In this document: in pieces, positions 39,016-39,080 of the stretch
How the letters are laid out: each line of letters begins with the position of its first letter
How positions within the stretch are numbered: position 1 is the stretch's first letter
Source: Actinomycetota bacterium
GTDB lineage: Bacteria; Actinomycetota; Acidimicrobiia; Acidimicrobiales; Ilumatobacteraceae
Reading direction: 5' to 3'
DNA length: 39,080 bases
Assembly (NCBI GenBank): GCA_039198505.1
Contig: JBCCTP010000001.1
Coordinates: 1-39,080 of the forward strand
Made by a program: the position numbers and the translations under genes
The notes under the pieces: generated by a model
What the model saw: only the letters and a program-made list of their open reading frames with translations
Database searches by the model: none
What the model was told of the DNA's origin: nothing

Positions 39016-39080
39016 ATGTCCACCGTCCTGATCACCGGCTGCTCGAGTGGAATCGGCCGGTCGACGGCCGCACGGTTCCA
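39016..39080 (+). CDS. SDR family oxidoreductase (3'-truncated)
   Basis: MSTVLITGCSSGIGRSTAARF carries the TGxxxGxG motif. Confidence 0.88.
   Translation, partial: MSTVLITGCSSGIGRSTAARF

Overview
High-GC (~70%), gene-dense chromosomal segment, probably from an actinobacterium. The many LLM/PPOX F420-type oxidoreductases, TetR regulators and leaderless starts would fit Acidimicrobiia, but that placement is inference. About 44 CDSs tile the window: two housekeeping genes (hemB, gdhA), many catabolic or detoxification enzymes (3 LLM oxidoreductases, amidohydrolase, MlrC, haloalkane dehalogenase, two paralogous HDRG-type hydrolases, PhyH dioxygenase + MOSC, and an MhpA-like monooxygenase/VOC dioxygenase/FAH cluster), 5 TetR regulators, 1 AraC regulator and an ECF sigma/anti-sigma module. 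I found no rRNA, tRNA, CRISPR array, transposase or phage structural gene. The best candidate system is the ECF sigma-ZAS anti-sigma-YbjQ operon plus the downstream RDD-acyltransferase operon. Both are preceded by the same 25-bp element (GAATGCGC-N7-CCGTGCGTAG), suggesting a self-contained envelope-response regulon. Also visible are clean tandem TetR operators, widespread leaderless -10 promoters, a cysteine-free HemB near DUF2470 and PNPOx genes, and interleaved inverted repeats upstream of hemB. All product calls come from motif recognition, not database searches.
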